From: Octopus sinensis
Taxonomy: Eukaryota
Length of the DNA: 64,000 nt
Direction of reading: 5' to 3'
Assembly (NCBI RefSeq): GCF_006345805.1
Contig: NC_043004.1
Span: forward strand, 22,010,001 to 22,074,000
Position numbers and translations under genes: made by a program
Notes under the pieces: model-generated
The model's database searches: none
What the model saw: the letters and a program-made list of their open reading frames with translations, nothing else
What the model was told of the DNA's origin: nothing
Part shown: positions 26,440 to 39,655 of the stretch, one piece after another
Layout of the letters: each line of letters starts with the position of its first letter
How positions within the stretch are numbered: the stretch's first letter is position 1

Positions 26440-27944
26440 TAAATAAATAATCCTTATACATTACATACTGACATACATTATGACTGTGAAGGCCATGGAG
26501 TTTATTAAAATTAAGCAGGTGTCTTAGAGCAGTAAATAGGAAACTTCAATGCTTTAATACTCACACTTATAAATGTGATTTTTTTAAAGCATAATTAGGT
26601 ACGTACCCCTCACTTCTGCTATAAAACCTTTTTAATACGAATTCGTTTGTTTTCGTGTAATTAACATTTAAGGAGCTGACTGCAAGCCATAACATTTTAG
26701 CACTTTGTTCTAGGTTCCCAAGAACATCAAATCATATTACATCTAGAGGAGATTATAAAACCCCCACCAAATATCCACAAGAACGATCATATTTTGAGAG
26801 AAGAATATATTCCATTTAATAGAAATACATCTTGAAGGATTCTCTCCTTTATCTAGAAGAAAATGATTCTAAAATAGAAGGCAACGTTGGCCTCTGGAAC
26901 ATTTAAAATTCAGAATTAATAGAGACTTAATTTAAAAATAAAATGTATTTTGTGCTATGCGCTACCAACTCCGATAAAAGGACGCACTGACACTACTTAA
27001 CGGAATTTTAAACTTTGTTAATTCTATAGATAATAAGACGCATACAAACGTAGATAATAGACATAAACTCACCTACACACATATGAAATGCACTCATATA
27101 TGATTTTCCACCTTACAAACATATCAGCCATATTAGCTGATTCATACTTAATATAAATATTATGTGATAAAAACTAATTACTGTTCCACAAATTCTATTC
27201 ATAAATTTTATTCAATTTCTTAAAATTTTGACATCAAAATGTTACACAAAATTATTTCACAATTTTCCTTTGTTTTGTTGAATACTTGTTGATATTTCAT
27301 TTATCTTCATATGCAATTCGTTTAGACTTAAAATGAATTCATTTTCTGCTATGTATTTTCCAAAGAATAAGATTACATGAAAACAATTCTAGATGGTTTC
27401 TAGATTATAAGCCTCTAGTAGACAATTCAGGTCACGTAGTTTTTGGTCTGGAAATGATACTAATTGTATAAGATTACCGCGATGCAAGGAATTGATATAG
27501 CTAAATACTTCACACGACAGCTTCCAGACAGCTCCGACAGCTACCTACCAATAAAACGATACCCTTTTGTGACTAATAACTGTTCGTGTCCTATGTTGAC
27601 CAATAGAGCCAAAACATATATAAACCATGTTCAATTTGTCTCATACTCTTTATTATCTTTATATATGAAACGGTTAGGTTCATTGTACGAACCTACAGTT
27701 CTTTAACGTGCATGGATTTTAGTCAAATTCTTATTAAATAGATAATACATACATACCTGCTATATATATATATACTTACATAAAATTGATGAGATTGGAG
27801 TCAAGAGATAGTACGGCTGCATATTTATTTATTATTCGCGGCACACACCATGGCTTTATCAGCTGCTACAAAATTCAAACCACGACAAACAGAGTAGAAG
27901 GCCTTGAAGTCCACGACTTTAAACTAACGGAGACAACACTCGTA

Positions 27945-28051
27945 TATTGCCTGAGGGAACACACATAGATCTCATTATGCAAACAGAGTTGCATAAACAT
28001 ATACCTGTATTCTTGGAGAACTACGTTGCGTCGAAACAATTGTAGCTAATA
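27945..28051 (+). ncRNA. Decayed type-I hammerhead motif with extended stem II
   Basis: TATTGC-CTGAGGG (27951-27957)..GAAA (28033-28036)-C-AATT-G-TA-GCTAATA. Stem I pairs TATTGC with GC(T)AATA. An internal 8-bp hairpin TTATGCAA/TTGCATAA is present. Confidence 0.55.
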
Positions 28052-29190
28052 ATAAATGAGTGACCCCCCCATACTCCTTCTTAACTCCAATTTCTTCAAT
28101 TTTATATTCACACACGACGAATGCCCAAATTTAAACTTGAAAATATATAATAATACTACTGATAGTACTCGGTAATTCTACCACATTCCCAACAGAATAT
28201 GACAACTATATACATATATATAGGTTAGTTAATTTTCGGCTGTATAACGATACACGTGTTTTCTCGGGCACTCTCTGCTCCCTTATTTCTTTCCCTCCTC
28301 TCTGAATTATTTATTCTTTGCGACGAAGAGTCATGCTCCAAAACGTCATTTCTATTTTTTTTTCCATTTATAACTCTCGCCAAGCGTCTAGCAAATATAT
28401 TCACTCTGTACGTCTAATTGACATTGTAATTCTCAAACATTTTTCATTTGCACACACGCACATACACAAATGGACCATAACCCTTGTATTGTTGAAGATG
28501 TAAGTGAAATATAATGATATCAAGTGATATTGCTTCCCATGAAATAAAAATCTCACTGTTAAGTATCATGTAATTGTTATACGACAACATATGATTTGAT
28601 GAGATACAAATAGAAATAAACAAAGTCTTTCCTGAAGATTAGGAGTAAATGAAAGAAATATGAAAGTATTTTTGAATGTGTTAGTGTATCGAATGTGCAT
28701 CTATATGTGTGTAGGTACATATGCATGTATGTGTACACATGCAATGACATTTTCGTTGTTTAAACATAGTAATGATTACCAGCGACTACTTTATTTTTGG
28801 TAATGACAACAGCTTCAGTAGTTGCTACTCTTTCAATGCAGTATTTGTTATTTTAGTATCCTCATCTACTTTGATTTAGGGAAACGCAAATTTAATTGGA
28901 TTATAGTTTCGCAATTGCCTGACTCCCAATTATTTACAAATTTCATGCATCTCCTAAGTAACAAGACACTATTTCCAATTTGTTCCGAATGCAAATTACT
29001 ATATGTTGTAAATAATCAGCTTCCTGGCCACTGCTCTTCAGTGCCCAAACAGCAATATGCCTTAACGGATTTAATTGATATCGTAGAAAGTTTACTTATT
29101 GAGAGAACAAAAGTCAGGTAATTGTGTCCACTGAAGGTAAAATTAATTATTCGGTTACACGTTCGCTATCCATTCCTCTAGACAGAACGA

Positions 29191-29489
29191 GGAGGCGCAA
29201 TGGCCCAGTGGTTAGGGCAGCGGACTCACGGTCGGAGGCTCGCAGTTTCGATTCCCAGACAGGGCGTTGTGTGTGTTTATTGAGCGAAAACACATAAAGC
29301 TCCACGAGGATACGGCAAGGGGGTGGGGATGGCGACCGCTATGTACTCTTTCGCCCCAACTTTCTCTCACACTTTCTTCCTGTTTCTTGAGTAACGCTGC
29401 GATAGACTGGCGTCCCGTCCAGTTGGGGGGGAACACATACGCCATAGAAACCGGGAAACCGGGCTTGAAAAGGGCGCATTAAAAAATTA
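29191..29489 (+). mobile_element. tRNA-derived SINE type D with alternative tail 2 and 12-bp TSD
   Basis: Same head and body as 21952-22338 up to CTTCCTGTTTCT (29387), then a different 3' part. TSD TAGACAGAACGA at 29179-29190 and 29490-29501. Confidence 0.88.
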
Positions 29490-30508
29490 TAGACAGAACG
29501 AAGTAAATATATCTGTTGGTTAGGCCCATCTCAGTCACGATACACAAATACTATGGTACTTTCTATGTATAAACTACATTGTCAGGTGTGTAACTTCAAA
29601 CAGACGGCAACCTGTGGCTTGAGGGACATCTGGCTGCAATTTTTATGTCAAGTCACTACGGAAATGTTGCTTTCTTCATTGAGTGACTTAATTTTTATTG
29701 TTGATGTTGGCATTGGATGCAGTAAATTAAATTTCTGCGGTTGCAATTCATATTTGCGTTTGTGAATATTTTTCAGAGAAAAGAAATTATTAATAAATTC
29801 CAACCCAAGCTAAATAGACAATAATACTAATACTTAGAGGTACTATTTCTAATGCTGCGATTACTACCACAAACAACAACAGCAATAACAATACTAAAGG
29901 TGTTCATGTTGACGAAAGCAGGAAAATATTAGCTAAGTCTAGAGAAAAGTCACTAAAAATTATCTTATTTTCGGGTTTAAAGTTTTATTACCACAGTTAA
30001 TCCTAAACCACCACCACTACCACCACTACCACCACCACCAACAACAAAGACAACAATAATAAAGGATAAATGGTAATGATGATAATTGAAATGTGAAAAT
30101 CCCTAGGAAATCTTGTTTACAAAATTTCTAAAAATAGCCCAAGAATTGCTACTTTGGCCAAGGTCAGAATAGAGCTCACTTAAACATGTTCAACAATCCG
30201 TGCCGCCTAAACCAAACACCAATCTACTTAAATAATTTAGGAAAGCGACATTCAGATTCGTCAGAATAAAGTTTGCAAAAATTAACATCTTGGAGCCTAT
30301 ACAAATGTATTTAAAGTATACATTTTAGCCATATCACTACAGTTATAAATTGTAAAAAATAACTGTCGCCACTACTATATGAAGTTGAAGATTGCATAGT
30401 TTCATATAGTGGACATTTAATATTCTATCATTTCATTATATCATTTTATATATTATCATAAGATTGTAAATAAAACGGGAAAATCAAAGTTAGAATATCT
30501 TTGAGTAT

Positions 30509-30553
<45 letters not shown>

Positions 30554-31624
30554 GTTTGTTTATGTGTGTGTGTGTGTGCGTGTGTGTGTGTATGTGTATA
30601 TACATATATTTTTATGTATATGTATATATCTACATTTCTATCTATATGTGTGTGTTTGCGTGCGTGTGTACCCGTATGTATGTGAGTATATATATATATA
30701 TATATATAACAAAGTGAAGTTGTAAGGTACTGCACGAGTGGAATTATATATGAAAGAAGGTTTTTGAAAATGCAATTTTAAAAGATGTTTATTCACTTGA
30801 CCGGTTTCACTTTTTTTAGAAAAAGATTGTTAAAAGTAACATGTAAAAGCTTTGTTGTGTTAGGTACTGGTTGTCACAATATATACATTCTTTGATAATA
30901 ATAAGAACATGTTAAAAACAGTTTACAAGGAAAACACTTGGGAAAATATAAAAATGTTCATTAAAATATTGGGTACACACACATATAATGTATGCATATG
31001 TATCTTCACTTCAGTTTTGCCTATACTTACGCATATGCATGTGAGTCAGCCTGTATATTTGTTTGTAAAACGTACAAATTCCACCATGTGTTAATCCTCG
31101 ATAGTTTGCAATATAATATCCTTGGCAACCAAACAAGACAGTTACAATCATTATATTTATGTCTAGGAACGTGTTTGCTTTTACTTCAAACCGCAATCGA
31201 TTTATAAACTGTTCACCGCAATGTAATTTACATTACATTAACAAAATCTAATTTGCAAAAAAATAGACAAAGAAATAAATTAAAATAACGTGTTCTTAAT
31301 TAAGGCAGATTAACTCCATTTCTTTTCGTTACGAAAGCAAAATTTCCACGTAACGATCTTTTGAAATATGCCGACGTCCACGGACTTAAGATCTGTCCTT
31401 GAAGTTATGAATAAAAGCTCTCTTATTAATCTTAACAGTTAAAATATTATAGCAATATCCTTTTTCGCTGAATAAATATTAATTACGCAATTTCAAGACA
31501 ATACTTAACATTCTTTGTTCATTTTTAATAATAAAAAAAGTAGCGGTTTTTGTTTTCTTTTGATAAAAATTATCAGTAAAGACGAAACTGCTACAATCGA
31601 AAGTTCATCCTTTTCACAAACACA

Positions 31625-31812
<188 letters not shown>

Positions 31813-32222
31813 CGGCGCCCGTACCCTTTTTGGTCTTATATGTAAGTACATATTTCTTTGAACTTGGTACGACTCTGTAACACTGTCTCTCTCTCTCTCC
31901 CCTCTCCTACATTTCTCTGCCTTTCACACTTAGCACTCCATTTTGATCTGTCTGTCTGTTTGTCTCTCTCTCTATCTCTTCTCCTCCTCCTTTGTTCCTT
32001 GTTCCCTTTTTTCTCTCTTCATCTGTCTCTCTTTTCTTCTCTCTTCTCCTCACACGTGACTAACCGAGCGATTGACGGCCCTTTCGTGGTCAGCAGCCGT
32101 CGCAGCAAGACACATTTTTTTTCTCTCTTTGCCCCAAGGCATTTTTCTAATGCGCCAGGTCAAAGTTCACTCATCCTGTCGAAAAGACGTATGTCTGTGA
32201 CGTCCTGTTTTTGTTATTATTA

Positions 32223-32550
32223 TTATCATTATTGTTTTTACGTATTTTCATATTCTTATTCGTGTTATCATTATTGTTTTTACGTATTTTTGTATTCTTA
32301 TTCGTGTAACAATCGTCCGTTTCCCCGTCCTTGTTTTGTATACATTCGAGGCCTTCTTCCAAGGAATCTAATGCGCTTGGCTTAGATATTCCGTTGGGGC
32401 TGGCCAGGTCGGAGCAATCTCAAGATTAATCAGCCGAAATTACGAGGATGATCCGTTATTGACTGAAGATTGAAGGCTTCGAATGTCCCGTCCGTGTTTT
32501 TTGTATCGTCTTCTAAATGTTTTGCGTTCTTGTCCCAGTTTGTATTTTTT
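32223..32550 (+). mobile_element. Family U repeat preceded by a 42-bp tandem duplication
   Basis: 42-bp units at 32223-32264 and 32265-32306 with 2 mismatches. Downstream part aligns to 10642-10835 (reverse complement) and 49130-49340. Confidence 0.55.
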
Positions 32551-33666
32551 TACATGTACGTATATATATATGTGTATATATATGTGACTAGAAGGGACAC
32601 ATATATGGAAAGAATATATCAATATATTCTCCATGATTTGCCTTACCATAAATATTCTGATCAATGTTGCAAAACTTTGAAACTGGTTTAGTTTTTGAGC
32701 TAAAAAAATGTAATGGTGCCTGGTTTTGAGGCAATGCTCCACGTTGGTATGGTTGTTAGTTTAAATATGAAGTAGTCAGGGTGGAACAGGTTAGTTTTTA
32801 GGTAGCCACAACATAAATAACTCCATATATTGTAAATAATTTTGCACATTGGCAGAACATATCGGAAAACAAACACATATACATATTCACACGCAACCAC
32901 AAAAATGTGTACACAAACATATTTCTATAATCTTTGCACATTCAAGCAAGATTGTCTCTGCAAAACAAAGCCTATTATCCTATAATGAAAGAGATAAAAA
33001 CATGCTATTATATTAAATTAGCTTTCTAAAAGTACACGTATCTGCCAATTTTGTAACAAATTTTCTTTCTATTGACATGATCTTGCATTATATTTAAATT
33101 ACAAAGGATATCTATATGATATTTTTATTAAAATCTACAACGGCTGGCATAGGTTAACAGGTTATTAACAGGCAGTTCCCTTACACAATAATCAGCCGAC
33201 ATCCATATATATGCATACTTACATACATATATACACACAGACACAGTCATATTTAGGTATAGTCAGTTTCATTTGTCAATAAACGAACAGTCTATTTACT
33301 TACTTTTCACTTTAGCTTTATAATTATTATCAGTCTATTTGTCAGTTCTTTCGACACACATTCTGTGACCTCTTTAACGATATTCTGTCCACTTCTCTCC
33401 ACTTCGCGCGGGACAGGATCTGAGATAAAAATATATGTTTCAAGACACGATTTTACACAGAGAATCTTACTAAACAACTGCATAAAAGATATGTGAGTGT
33501 GGGTGTGAGTGTGTGCATGTATGTGTGTGTTTGTGTCGTGTGTGTGTGTGTGTGTGCATGTGTGTGTGCATGTACATATGTGTGTGTATGTATGTATGTA
33601 TGTATATATGTATGTATGTATGCAGTTATGTATGTAGTTATGTAAGTAGTGATAGCGATCTAGTAA

Positions 33667-34780
33667 CTTGACTTCAAACTGAATATAACGGAAGAAGGGT
33701 AGATCCACACCGAGTTCTACAGGAAAGCAGCCAGTAGAGATATGTTTGTCCAGTACAATTCAGCACTTCCACTCGGTGCCAAAATAGTATACACCAGAAA
33801 TGAACTTGCACGCATCCAGGGTAAGTGCAGCAGAACAGTGCACAAGGTAACCCACACTACCCGCTTCCTAGATATATTGGAAACCACCGGTTACCCTAGA
33901 TCCATTGTAAATCCGATTAAGTACCCAAGACAACCAACACCCCGAACACATTTTTCCTTAAAATACCCCATTTTAGCGAGAGGATAGCTACATCTATCCG
34001 AAGAGCCATAAGGAGAGAAGGGCTAGACATACAACTAGTCCACTCTGGCCCCTCTCTGAGAGGACACCTCCCTAAAAACAAATAAGGGTCAACAATCAAT
34101 GTACACTAACAAACTGTCCCATCCGTAACATAGATTTATGCCAACGGGTAAATGTCGTGTATAGAATACAATGTAACAAATGTAACAAGTTCTATGTGGG
34201 TAGCACAACAAGACCGTTACACGCCCGCATCAAAGAACATCTGAACATGAGAGCTTCCTCCTTCAGAAAACATCTAGACAGATGCCGGAATACCGACAAA
34301 AACATAACAGTCACAATTGAGGCCAATGAAAGAAATTTGTGTAATTTAAGAATTAAGGAAGCTATACTCATACACAGACTAGGGCCCCAAATTAACAGCA
34401 GGCTGTAATCAGTACATTATTTAGATACATCTGGACGCCTGTAGGTTCATTTTTGATATTTTGCTCATCTGTAGTTTTTAACAAGAAAAAAAGAAGAGAA
34501 GAGAAAAAGAAAGGAGGGGGGAAAAGGAAGCTGTACGTGTAATACATAACTTAGAACCAGCGCTATGTATGTACCAGTACACACGAGATTGAGACATGGC
34601 CGACCTCACACACTTCTCATGAGGAATTCCGGAAGGTGCGTCGTGAGACCACTGCTGAGACGCTTCCAAAGAATAATAAAGGAAAGCCGTTAGAAAACAG
34701 ATTATAACAGCGACTCCATCTAAGAATATCTGAAGAATATAATTCCGAAATATCATATCAGATTATGGATAACTAAATTA
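33667..34780 (+). mobile_element. 5'-truncated Penelope-like element: RT thumb, linker, GIY-YIG endonuclease and 3' repeat
   Basis: LDFKLNITEEG*IHTEFYRK..SALP..GKCS..GYP, then VVYRIQCNKCNKFYVGSTTRPLHARIKEH..NLRIKEAILIHRLGPQINSRL* (stop at 34408). Stops and frameshifts lie between the domains. Confidence 0.9.
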
Positions 34781-34872
34781 CAACAGATAAATAGCCCATT
34801 CTCTATATCTTAGTACATTGTTGTACCATTCAAAACATTTTATTCTTGATATATATAATATATACATAATAT

Positions 34873-34916
<44 letters not shown>

Positions 34917-36687
34917 TGGGGGAGGATGTAAGCAGATAAATGTTCGCGTAAATGATCGGAAAGATGGCTGACGGAAGAATATACAAGACATGGACGGATG
35001 GTCCACTACGCAACGGGAAAGCTGGATCGATAACTATTTGTTGGCTATATTTTAAATGTATTTAGTTCTTGCATAGTGATGTTAGTTTTGGGTGGGTTTT
35101 TTTTCCTGTTGCCATGAAAAAGAAATCTCTAATGATCGCGATGTTTAAACTGCTTCTAATTCTGGCTCGTTGTATGATTCTTGCGTTTTTTCGCAATGAA
35201 CTTGAAGACAATTTTTAAAATGAATTGAAAATTAAACCATATCTAATTAATACGATAAACTGCCTTCTGTAAAAACTATATTAAGCAGTATTAGTTCGTA
35301 TAGAAAAGTTCTACAAATTATCAGGCTATACATTAATTTACTCCTCTCGCTTGTTGATACATTTCTAATGTTGATCTATCACAAAAGACACAAGACCCAA
35401 ATCATGACAGAGCTTACCAAAGAATATTTAATAAGGATTCCTTTTCAAAATTTAATTTTATAAAGTTTGGAAACTGAAAATAACATGTAATGAAATAAAA
35501 CATATCCAAATCTAAAGGAAATATCTGAATAGCTGTTTTATTCTGAGACACACTATATTCCAATGCATGAATTAGTGGCACTCGGCAAATACAGCCAGAG
35601 AGAATGCAATTAATAAGTGTAAATAATGTTTTCCTGAAAGCCATGTTAATTGATAAAATAGAAATAAAATACTTTCAGAAAACATGTGAATTGTCATTTA
35701 TCAAATATTTAAAAAAAATTATTTTCTTTAAACATTAATTATGCTGCATTGATGTTGTGACAAATTCTAATGATATTCAATGCACGTAAGGGATTCAAAG
35801 ATATACCAATATTAAGAGGTTAAAGGGGAGCTTTGTCTCGACTATTGATTACAAAACTGTTTGTTCCATAATTACAGGATTTGTGTCTTGAGTTTGTTAT
35901 AAAGAATTAAATGAGTGTTATGTGAGGAGTCAGCACATTTTACGTGTGTCTAAATCCTCCCTTGGTTTTACTGATGAATCATATATATCATTGTATATTA
36001 TATTTTGCGTGTTCATTCATGGAAGTACCAAAAGAAAGGAACTTTAGAATAACAGTGAAAGTTTATTCTTTTATAAAGCGGTACAATGGATTAAAGCAAG
36101 AACCATTACAAATTTTTGTTGTTTATCCATCGTTTAGATAATTCAACTTGGGTTGTCTCGGTCACATGTGCTAGTTATATTAATTTTCTTCTGGTGAAAA
36201 CGCAGGAAATCAGCATAACTCTCTTTGGTGAAAATCTCCCATGCCTCTGATCGTAGATAATTTATGGAAAAAGGAAGAGTCCTGAGCATATACCGATTAG
36301 TTGTTTGAAAATGTATTGCGCGCAATGTCATATGACCTTCGATCAAAATCCCGCGCTATAATCAACCAGTCGCAGCACAGGACTCAACCAATTTACATAC
36401 CTCACACGATATGTAAATTGACCTATCATTATAGATTAACGTGCTCAGACTGTAAAAAGCCTAATATTCTTCAATATGCCATAATCTAAATTGGTCTCGC
36501 TACATGACGATTGCTTAGTGAAATATTACGAAAATTCTTTGTCTATACATTGCTTGCAAAACTGAATGAATATAGCTGATCAAGTCGCGAGTCTGCTGAC
36601 ATTGGTCCAGTGTGTACGTTGAATTGTTGATCACTACATATTTGAACATATTAGCGTCACATGGACGTTATACGGTCATAGCTATCG

Positions 36688-36688
<1 letters not shown>

Positions 36689-36768
<80 letters not shown>

Positions 36769-36790
36769 GTCTATCTATCTATCTTTCTAT
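36689..36790. repeat. (TCTA)n microsatellite
   Basis: Direct reading. Confidence 0.95.
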
Positions 36791-36828
36791 TTCTCTCTAT
36801 CTATATATTTATATGTGTGCGTGTGTGT

Positions 36829-36985
36829 GTGGAGGCGCGTAGCTTAGTGGTTAGGGTGTTGAACTCATGATCGTAAGGTTGTGGTTTCGATTTTTGGACC
36901 GGGCGATGCGTTGTTCTTGAGCAAAACAATTCACTTTCACGTTGCTCCAGTCCCCTCAGCTGGCAAAAATCAGTAATCCTGCGAT
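36829..36985 (+). mobile_element. tRNA-derived SINE 5' part (type E)
   Basis: GTGGAGGCGCGTAGCTTAGTGGTTAGG (A-box)..GGTTTCGATTTT (decayed B-box)..CTTGAGCAAAAC. Decayed relatives at ~61790-61940 (+) and ~56940-57050 (-). Confidence 0.7.
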
Positions 36986-37275
36986 ATACATATATATATA
37001 AACATATGCAAAAATGCAAAATATATGCAAAATTAGGGTTATGTCGTATGTGGAGTCCCACTTGCAGAAAATAGAAATAAGCAGTCTTGACTGCTATTTC
37101 TAATTTTTCGGTATGCGGCCAAGCAACCTGTTGCCTGCCCCTTTTATTTACATAGAATATATATACTGAACTTTACAGAAGTTCCTACCGTTAATCGGTT
37201 ATATTTACATACCGAATTCTACCAGTAAATAATTGTTGTTTTTTTTAAAAAAAAACGTTATAGGAATTATTTACT

Positions 37276-37276
37276 C

Positions 37277-37362
<86 letters not shown>
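37276..37362. repeat. (TTA)n(TA)n microsatellite
   Basis: Direct reading. Confidence 0.95.
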
Positions 37363-37366
<4 letters not shown>

Positions 37367-38337
37367 CTGTCGCTGTTTCTGTGTAGTAACTGGGCACTGT
37401 TGACTGGATAATGTAGATTTAAGACGCCACAATCTCATTCCATTTCGTTGACAGAACGTTTCGACACAGTACGTAAACATACGCCAACGTAAGTAAGCAA
37501 GAGTCACCGAATATGCGCAACCGAACCCTCCGTGTCAAAATTTCTGACAACCTGCATGTATATATCATAGGTAATATATTATTATTGCTAACCATTCTGC
37601 TTCCTTGGTTGCACAAACTTGAAATTTAAGGTTTTGTTATTGATTGACTGTGACCGTAGAAATGTAAGAACACTCTGAGTGCTGTAATGTTGGTTATTCA
37701 GTTTTGCAAATCAATACGTAAAACAAGATTTGATCAATTAAACACTGGAAATCTATTACGATATAGTAATAAGCAAGCCAGGAATGTTATAGCTGTGATA
37801 CTAGTTATCTATCACAAGAAACTGATTTTAAAAAACAGCCAACACTGAATTGAATCGATATTTATGTCAGGTTTATATTTTTTTATACTTCTGTATTGAT
37901 TTGTAATCGTTTATTTTCTTCCCACATCACTTCACCTTATTTGCAACTAATACAGAAAATATTAGCCAAGCTGTCACAATATTTGAAGTCAAACATTCTG
38001 ATAATTAATATCCACTTTCTCAAAGCTACATATGCATTAGTGCATTGTTCGACGAAAACTGTTGCAGATATTTCCGTATTGATTAAATTGACGTTAAACA
38101 AGACCTTTTTCTATTCTCAAAAAATGCCTTCATATCCGAGAGGCCTAATTTCTAAGAACGGAGTCGTGATTAACTAAACTTTATAAAATATTTTAATACA
38201 AACATTTTAATTTTTTTTTATGAAACAGTAGTCTTGTAGAGATGTGTAAATCGCCTAAAGATTGAGATTTTATCAGTTTGTGTAAGGAATATGGGTAGCG
38301 AATATTGCTGTATAGATTATACAGTTCAGACGCCACT

Positions 38338-38404
<67 letters not shown>

Positions 38405-38437
38405 CCTATCTATCTATCTATCTATCTATCCATATAT

Positions 38438-38486
<49 letters not shown>

Positions 38487-38571
38487 ATATGAAAAGGGTT
38501 GAATGCAAATTCGACCTGTAACTGGAGTAGTTTCCAAAAGATTTCTAACGTTGTTTCTTCATTCTTTACTT

Positions 38572-39655
38572 TTAGTTAGTTAGTTAGTTAATTTGGCTCA
38601 AAAGCAAATAGCAAGGCCATGTAGGGGGACATGGAGTTAAGTACAGGGTGGTGTTCATGTAAAGAGTTCAGGCCACTTGAGGTCAAGGGAGGTTTTGAAC
38701 AAAGCGGTCGTCGGCATCTTCACCATCTCGTCTGGCAGCTTGTTCCACGGATCCGCAACCCGGACGGAGAAAGCTCCTCTCCTTCGATTGAGATTAAATC
38801 GTCGCAGGTAGAGCTTTTCGGAATGACCCCGCAGCCGACGCTCTGGAGCAGGAGTGAAGAACAGCTCTTTCGAGAGGTTACACTTTCCGCTTATGCTGTT
38901 GTGGGCGAGAATGAGATCACCACGGCGGCGGCGTTTTTCAAGAGAATAAAGGTCGAACGACCTCAGCCTTTCTTCGTAGGACAAATTTTTGAGACCATGA
39001 ACCATGCGGGTAGCCAGCTTCTGGACTCTTTCGAGATGCTGTATGTCTTTGAGGAGATAAGGAGAAGAGGCTTGAATCCCATACTCCAATATGGGTCTCA
39101 CCAGCGTGACATAGAGTGGTAGGAATATGGCTGCTGTGAGCATTCCGAATGACCGTCGAATCAAGAACAGAATTCCGCGTGCTTTGTTGGCAGCATGGAC
39201 ACACTGGGCCGAAGGCGAAAAGGAGGAATCCACCAAGATACCCAGGTCCTTTACCTGATCGGTCCTCTCCAGCAGCAGACGACCCGGCTCGAAATCAAGT
39301 TGAGTTGCAGGAGGAGAGCCAACAGGCAGATGACAGCACTTTGACACGTTCAGACACAGGTCCCAATCGTTAGACCACTTCCAAATTTGGTGGAGGCATC
39401 GACGAAGATTCTCTATATCACCGCGAGGAGCGACCAGTTTGATATCGTCGGCAAATAGAAGGGTGTGTTGCGTGAGGTCGTCGGTCAAGTCATTTATGAA
39501 GACTAAGAACAACAAGGGCCCAAGCACTGAACCTTGAGGCACGCCACTGCTCGCACTGGAGACGTCGGACCGCGAACCATTAACTTGGACTTGGAAGGAG
39601 CGATCTGAGAGGAAGGCACCAACCCATCGTACAATATCCGGATGGAAACTATATG
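38572..39655 (-). mobile_element. Young 5'-truncated CR1/L2-type LINE with (TAAC)n tail
   Basis: Sharp GC-rich island with an open RT frame. The 3' UTR has a CCATGT-CCCCCT-ACATGG stem-loop. Tail (TTAG)n on + at 38572-38590. Confidence 0.92.
38655..39655 (-). CDS. LINE ORF2 reverse transcriptase, C-terminal part (partial, stop-free)
   Basis: AYSFHPDIVRWVGAFLSDRSFQV..SGVPQGSVLGPLLFLVFINDL..LFADDIKL..LNVSKC..KDLGI..RPILEY..LERVQKLAT..LEKRRRRGDL..WNKLP..LFT*. The listed 'Met' at 39542 is an internal GTG. Confidence 0.9.

Noticed and set aside
38631-39373. Plus-strand ORFs of 163 aa and 74 aa, and a minus-strand 88-aa ORF
   Set aside because: They are antisense or alternate-frame shadows of the GC-rich LINE RT, with no recognisable motifs.
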